Below the pieces are notes generated by a model, which saw only the letters and a list, made by a program, of their open reading frames with translations, had not been told where the DNA came from and did no database searches. From Octopus bimaculoides (taxonomy: Eukaryota), in NCBI RefSeq assembly GCF_001194135.2, contig NC_068986.1, positions 49,859,817 through 49,923,816 of the forward strand: DNA of 64,000 nt, written 5' to 3'. Numbering within the stretch: position 1 is the stretch's first letter; each line of letters begins with the position of its first letter. This document shows positions 59,101 through 64,000 of this stretch, one piece after another. A program made the position numbers and the translations under genes.

Positions 59101-60947
59101 ATATTGTCTACACAGAGATTCTTCCCAATCTTCCCCCACCACCACCACCACATCATGCCAACCCACTCTCACCCTGCTCACCTTCTCTTCACAACCTTTT
59201 CCCCATCACCACCACCACCACCACCACCACCATCACCAACAATGTGATCTGGAATGGGTCAACCATTCTCGTATATCAGACTAAGTCTCCTTCTGTGATA
59301 TTCAAAAGTGTCTTTGCTTTTCGGTTTCATTTTTATTATCAATATTACTCTCTTTCATTCCATAGTCTACACACACACACACACAACTTCTCTCAACAGT
59401 ACTTTCTTTCTTTCTTTCTTTCTAGCACATATTCTCTCTATTTCCCCCTTCACTCCCTTGCTTCTCATCCCTCTATGTATATTCTTCCTTACTCATACAC
59501 CAACCATTCTTTCATGCACACACACACACACACACACACGCACACACAAAATCACTTTTTCACCATCTTTTCATTCATTCCCAGCCAAACTTTCAAGATT
59601 CTTCCCTTGTTCACTTGCTCTTTATTACCATTATTGCCATTACCACTTCCGCCATCACCAACACCACTACCACCACCACCACGGCCATCACAAATATTGT
59701 TACTATTTACCACACACACACACAGACACATACATACATATGTATATATATATATATATATATACATACACATATAAATGAAGAGCCACTAAACTTTAAT
59801 ACAAGTTTATCATAAATTCTTTGACACCTTCGCTTAAAAATATGACAACATACCCTGGAAGCAAGCAAGGACAGCCAACGACATCAACACCACCGACAGA
59901 GAAAACGCAACCTCCACAACTCTTATAAATGCATAACCACCCTCACCTTGTTATCANNNNNNNNNNNNNNNNNNNNNNNNNNNNNNNNNNNNNNNNNNNN
60001 NNNNNNNNNNNNNNNNNNNNNNNNNNNNNNNNNNNNNNNNNNNNNNNNNNNNNNNNNNNNNNNNNNNNNNNNNNNNNNNNNNNNNNNNNNNNNNNNNNNN
60101 NNNNNNNNNNNNNNNNNNNNNNNNNNNNNNNNNNNNNNNNNNNNNNNNNNNNNNNNNNNNNNNNNNNNNNNNNNNNNNNNNNNNNNNNNNNNNNNNNNNN
60201 NNNNNNNNNNNNNNNNNNNNNNNNNNNNNNNNNNNNNNNNNNNNNNNNNNNNNNNNNNNNNNNNNNNNNNNNNNNNNNNNNNNNNNNNNNNNNNNNNNNN
60301 NNNNNNNNNNNNNNNNNNNNNNNNNNNNNNNNNNNNNNNNNNNNNNNNNNNNNNNNNNNNNNNNNNNNNNNNNNNNNNNNNNNNNNNNNNNNNNNNNNNN
60401 NNNNNNNNNNNNNNNNNNNNNNNNNNNNNNNNNNNNNNNNNNNNNNNNNNNNNNNNNNNNNNNNNNNNNNNNNNNNNNNNNNNNNNNNNNNNNNNNNNNN
60501 NNNNNNNNNNNNNNNNNNNNNNNNNNNNNNNNNNNNNNNNNNNNNNNNNNNNNNNNNNNNNNNNNNNNNNNNNNNNNNNNNNNNNNNNNNNNNNNNNNNN
60601 NNNNNNNNNNNNNNNNNNNNNNNNNNNNNNNNNNNNNNNNNNNNNNNNNNNNNNNNNNNNNNNNNNNNNNNNNNNNNNNNNNNNNNNNNNNNNNNNNNNN
60701 NNNNNNNNNNNNNNNNNNNNNNNNNNNNNNNNNNNNNNNNNNNNNNNNNNNNNNNNNNNATATATACATACATATATACATACATATATATATATATATA
60801 TACATACATATATATATATACATATATATATATACATATATATATATATACATATATATACATACATATACATATATATACATATATATACATACATATA
60901 CATATATATACATACATATATATATACATACATATATACATACATAT

Positions 60948-60978
<31 letters not shown>

Positions 60979-61002
60979 CATACATACACATTTATATATA
61001 TA

Positions 61003-61040
61003 CACACACACACACACACAAATATGTGTGTGTGTGTGTG
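61003..61040. repeat. CA/TG microsatellite (one of dozens of (TA)n, (CA)n, (GA)n, (AAT)n, (CAT)n and TA/CA mosaic tracts, e.g. 35760-36400, 60760-61000)
   Basis: Read directly. Confidence 0.95.
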
Positions 61041-61273
61041 CATGCAAAAAAAAAAAAGAAAGGGAAAAGCATTGAGTTGTAAGAATGAACGGAAAACAAT
61101 GGACAGTTATTGTGGAAAATCAAAGTGAAATATCACTATCACAAACACACATAAACACACACATACACATACACACGATGATGAATTTTTCATAAAGACA
61201 ACTTCTTGCATTCATAAAGAGAAAGAAAAACAGAAAAACACACACATATTCATATATACACACTGAAAACAAT

Positions 61274-61307
<34 letters not shown>

Positions 61308-62101
61308 CCATATGTATAAAATGTGTGCACACATGTTTGTGCAGGGGGTGGGGGGATGTGATGGTGGTGTCTGTGCATATGCTTGTATGTGAGTATGTGT
61401 GTGTGTGTGTAGGCTTTAGAAGAATCGGCAATCAAGAAGTTTGATAAATCAGGTTAGGAGAACAGAATTCATCCATCATAGACAATAAAACAATCTAAAT
61501 ACTACAGGAACCAAACCATGATAAAGCTGACCCTTAAACCAAGTCAAAGTTCTGTGGCGATATTATGATTTTTACAAATGTTTTCTGTCGGAAAATACTT
61601 ACTCAAGAAATCAGGGTCCAATAAAGCAAAATGAAAATCTATGTTTTAACATTGGTACAACCGATTCCTTTTGTTTATTACCAGACCCCAAGTACTGAGT
61701 ACCGCTGCTTCTACACTCAATCACATATTAAATGATAATTGATGGCTCGAAGTTGACAGCCACAGAATACCATACTTCCACCACCACCAACACCACCTCT
61801 ACTGCTGCTGTCGCCACAATAGTAACATTATCGCAACCACCACCACCACCACAGCTACTGCAAGCTCTCAGTGTTACAGAAGGAAGCTATTGAATGTTTG
61901 AGTGTATGTGTGCACGCGCATGCATGCGTGTGTGTGTGTGTAAATGCGATGGGGATAGATGTTGTCTTTAGTTATGAGGTTGTTGCCGTTGTTAGTGTTA
62001 TTGGCACTGGTGGCAAAGGTAGAGACGTGTCTGATAATGCATTTTTTTTTTTTGTTAAGAAAGGCGATGATGAGGATGATAATAATAATGATGAAGAAGA
62101 G

Positions 62102-62141
<40 letters not shown>

Positions 62142-62811
62142 AGTCAATAAACCAAAGAGTAACCATTGTTCCTGAAACCAATCATCGAAAAGTTGAAAAG
62201 TTAAATAACTGTTGAGAGAGAGAGAGAGAGGGAGAGAGAGGGAAAGCTAGAGAAAGAGAGAGAGAGAGAGAAAGTGCCAGACAAATAGAGGGTGAGAAAG
62301 AAGAGAAAGAGGTAAGATGAAATATAAGGAAATTTTAACAAAGATACTAATAAATGGTACCAAGGGCATAAGTAGAAGCAGCAGAATTGTTTTGTGTTGA
62401 ACATGCCAAACATTACAATATATATGTATATATGCAAATAAAATGTGTGTGTGTGTGTGTGAGTAACAACATTAATAGAAGTTACAAGTAGGGTTTAACT
62501 GAAAGAATGAGCCAAAGAGGGACCATCTATGCAGTTGGTCAACCTGCTAGAAATAATAGTTAAATCTCTGTCAAATCACATATTGTCTTTAATGGGCAAA
62601 GTCACAGTAAATATGATAAAATAAAAATGTGTGTGTGTGTGTGTGTGTGTGTGCGTATGTGTACACATTTTTATAAAATTCTTCTGCAAGATTCTTGAGA
62701 ACAAAGGACACACAAAGGGTGGTAGAGTCGCTGAAAAGGTCACAGGTGTGTGATGAAAGATTTCCAGAAAATGGACATAAGATAAAATAAGAACAATAAT
62801 AAATGATTGAA

Positions 62812-62875
62812 GAACGAATATGTAGTGTGTGTGTGTTTATTTGGCAAGAAAAACAAAATGACCATCCTGAAATAA
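62812..62875. mobile_element. Right end of the TA-flanked MITE family (39171-39428)
   Basis: GAACGAATATGTAGTGTGTG...TTTATTTGGCAAG...ATGACCATCCTGAAATA. Confidence 0.7.
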
Positions 62876-64000
62876 AATATATATATATAAATTCATAAGA
62901 GTGGTACAACAAGGCACCGATATTTTTCATTGATATATATANNNNNNNNNNNNNNNNNNNNNNNNNNNNNNNNNNNNNNNNNNNNNNNNNNNNNNNNNNN
63001 NNNNNNNNNNNNNNNNNNNNNNNNNNNNNNNNNNNNNNNNNNNNNNNNNNNNNNNNNNNNNNNNNNNNNNNNNNNNNNNNNNNNNNNNNNNNNNNNNNNN
63101 NNNNNNNNNNNNNNNNNNNNNNNNNNNNNNNNNNNNNNNNNNNNNNNNNNNNNNNNNNNNNNNNNNNNNNNNNNNNNNNNNNNNNNNNNNNNNNNNNNNN
63201 NNNNNNNNNNNNNNNNNNNNNNNNNNNNNNNNNNNNNNNNNNNNNNNNNNNNNNNNNNNNNNNNNNNNNNNNNNNNNNNNNNNNNNNNNNNNNNNNNNNN
63301 NNNNNNNNNNNNNNNNNNNNNNNNNNNNNNNNNNNNNNNNNNNNNNNNNNNNNNNNNNNNNNNNNNNNNNNNNNNNNNNNNNNNNNNNNNNNNNNNNNNN
63401 NNNNNNNNNNNNNNNNNNNNNNNNNNNNNNNNNNNNNNNNNNNNNNNNNNNNNNNNNNNNNNNNNNNNNNNNNNNNNNNNNNNNNNNNNNNNNNNNNNNN
63501 NNNNNNNNNNNNNNNNNNNNNNNNNNNNNNNNNNNNNNNNNNNNNNNNNNNNNNNNNNNNNNNNNNNNNNNNNNNNNNNNNNNNNNNNNNNNNNNNNNNN
63601 NNNNNNNNNNNNNNNNNNNNNNNNNNNNNNNNNNNNNNNNNNNNNNNNNNNNNNNNNNNNNNNNNNNNNNNNNNNNNNNNNNNNNNNNNNNNNNNNNNNN
63701 NNNNNNNNNNNNNNNNNNNNNNNNNNNNNNNNNNNNNNNNNNNNNNNNNNNNNNNNNNNNNNNNNNNNNNNNNNNNNNNNNNNNNNNNNNNNNNNNNNNN
63801 NNNNNNNNNNNNNNNNNNNNNNNNNNNNNNNNNNNNNNNNNNNNNNNNNNNNNNNNNNNNNNNNNNNNNNNNNNNNNNNNNNNNNTATATATATATTTAT
63901 ATATATGTATGTAGGTGTATATATCTGTGTGTGCATATATATGTATGCATGTATATATGTGTATATGTATGTGTGTATATATATATGTATGTGTGTGTGT

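Noticed and set aside
1-64000. CRISPR arrays, rRNA, prokaryotic-type systems; host gene strand from repeat orientation bias
   Set aside because: No repeat-spacer arrays or rRNA-like sequence; the minus-strand excess of retroelements is modest and inconsistent across families

Overview
AT-rich, microsatellite-dense eukaryotic DNA with many N gaps, most flanked by (TA)n. The repeat families (tRNA/CORE-type SINEs, RTE tails ending in (GAT)n, Penelope tails) resemble those I recall from octopus genomes; the organism call is an inference, not a database result. I could not identify a host protein-coding gene. Nearly all supplied ORFs come from microsatellites or N runs, and the protein-like ones are transposon remnants (mariner, RTE, CR1/L2-like, R4/Dong-like, Penelope GIY-YIG). 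The window is probably intronic or intergenic. Most notable: (1) a 585-bp foldback DNA element with 37-bp TIRs, an exact 8-bp TSD, a perfect 65-bp inner inverted repeat and an outward-facing (TAACCC)5-TA-(GGGTTA)7 telomeric core (3401-3985); (2) three different Penelope-type minimal type I hammerhead ribozyme motifs (15359-15445 +, 24407-24442 +, 47231-47312 -), the last with a fully canonical core and its own antisense arm; (3) a 72-bp-arm hairpin (329-485) and a mariner foldback with about 215-bp arms; (4) a roughly 570-bp non-coding retroelement and R4/Dong-like fragments that sit in (TAA)n; (5) in-window evidence for SINE/LINE tail sharing and modular SINE chimeras. Coordinates of degenerate repeat copies are approximate.
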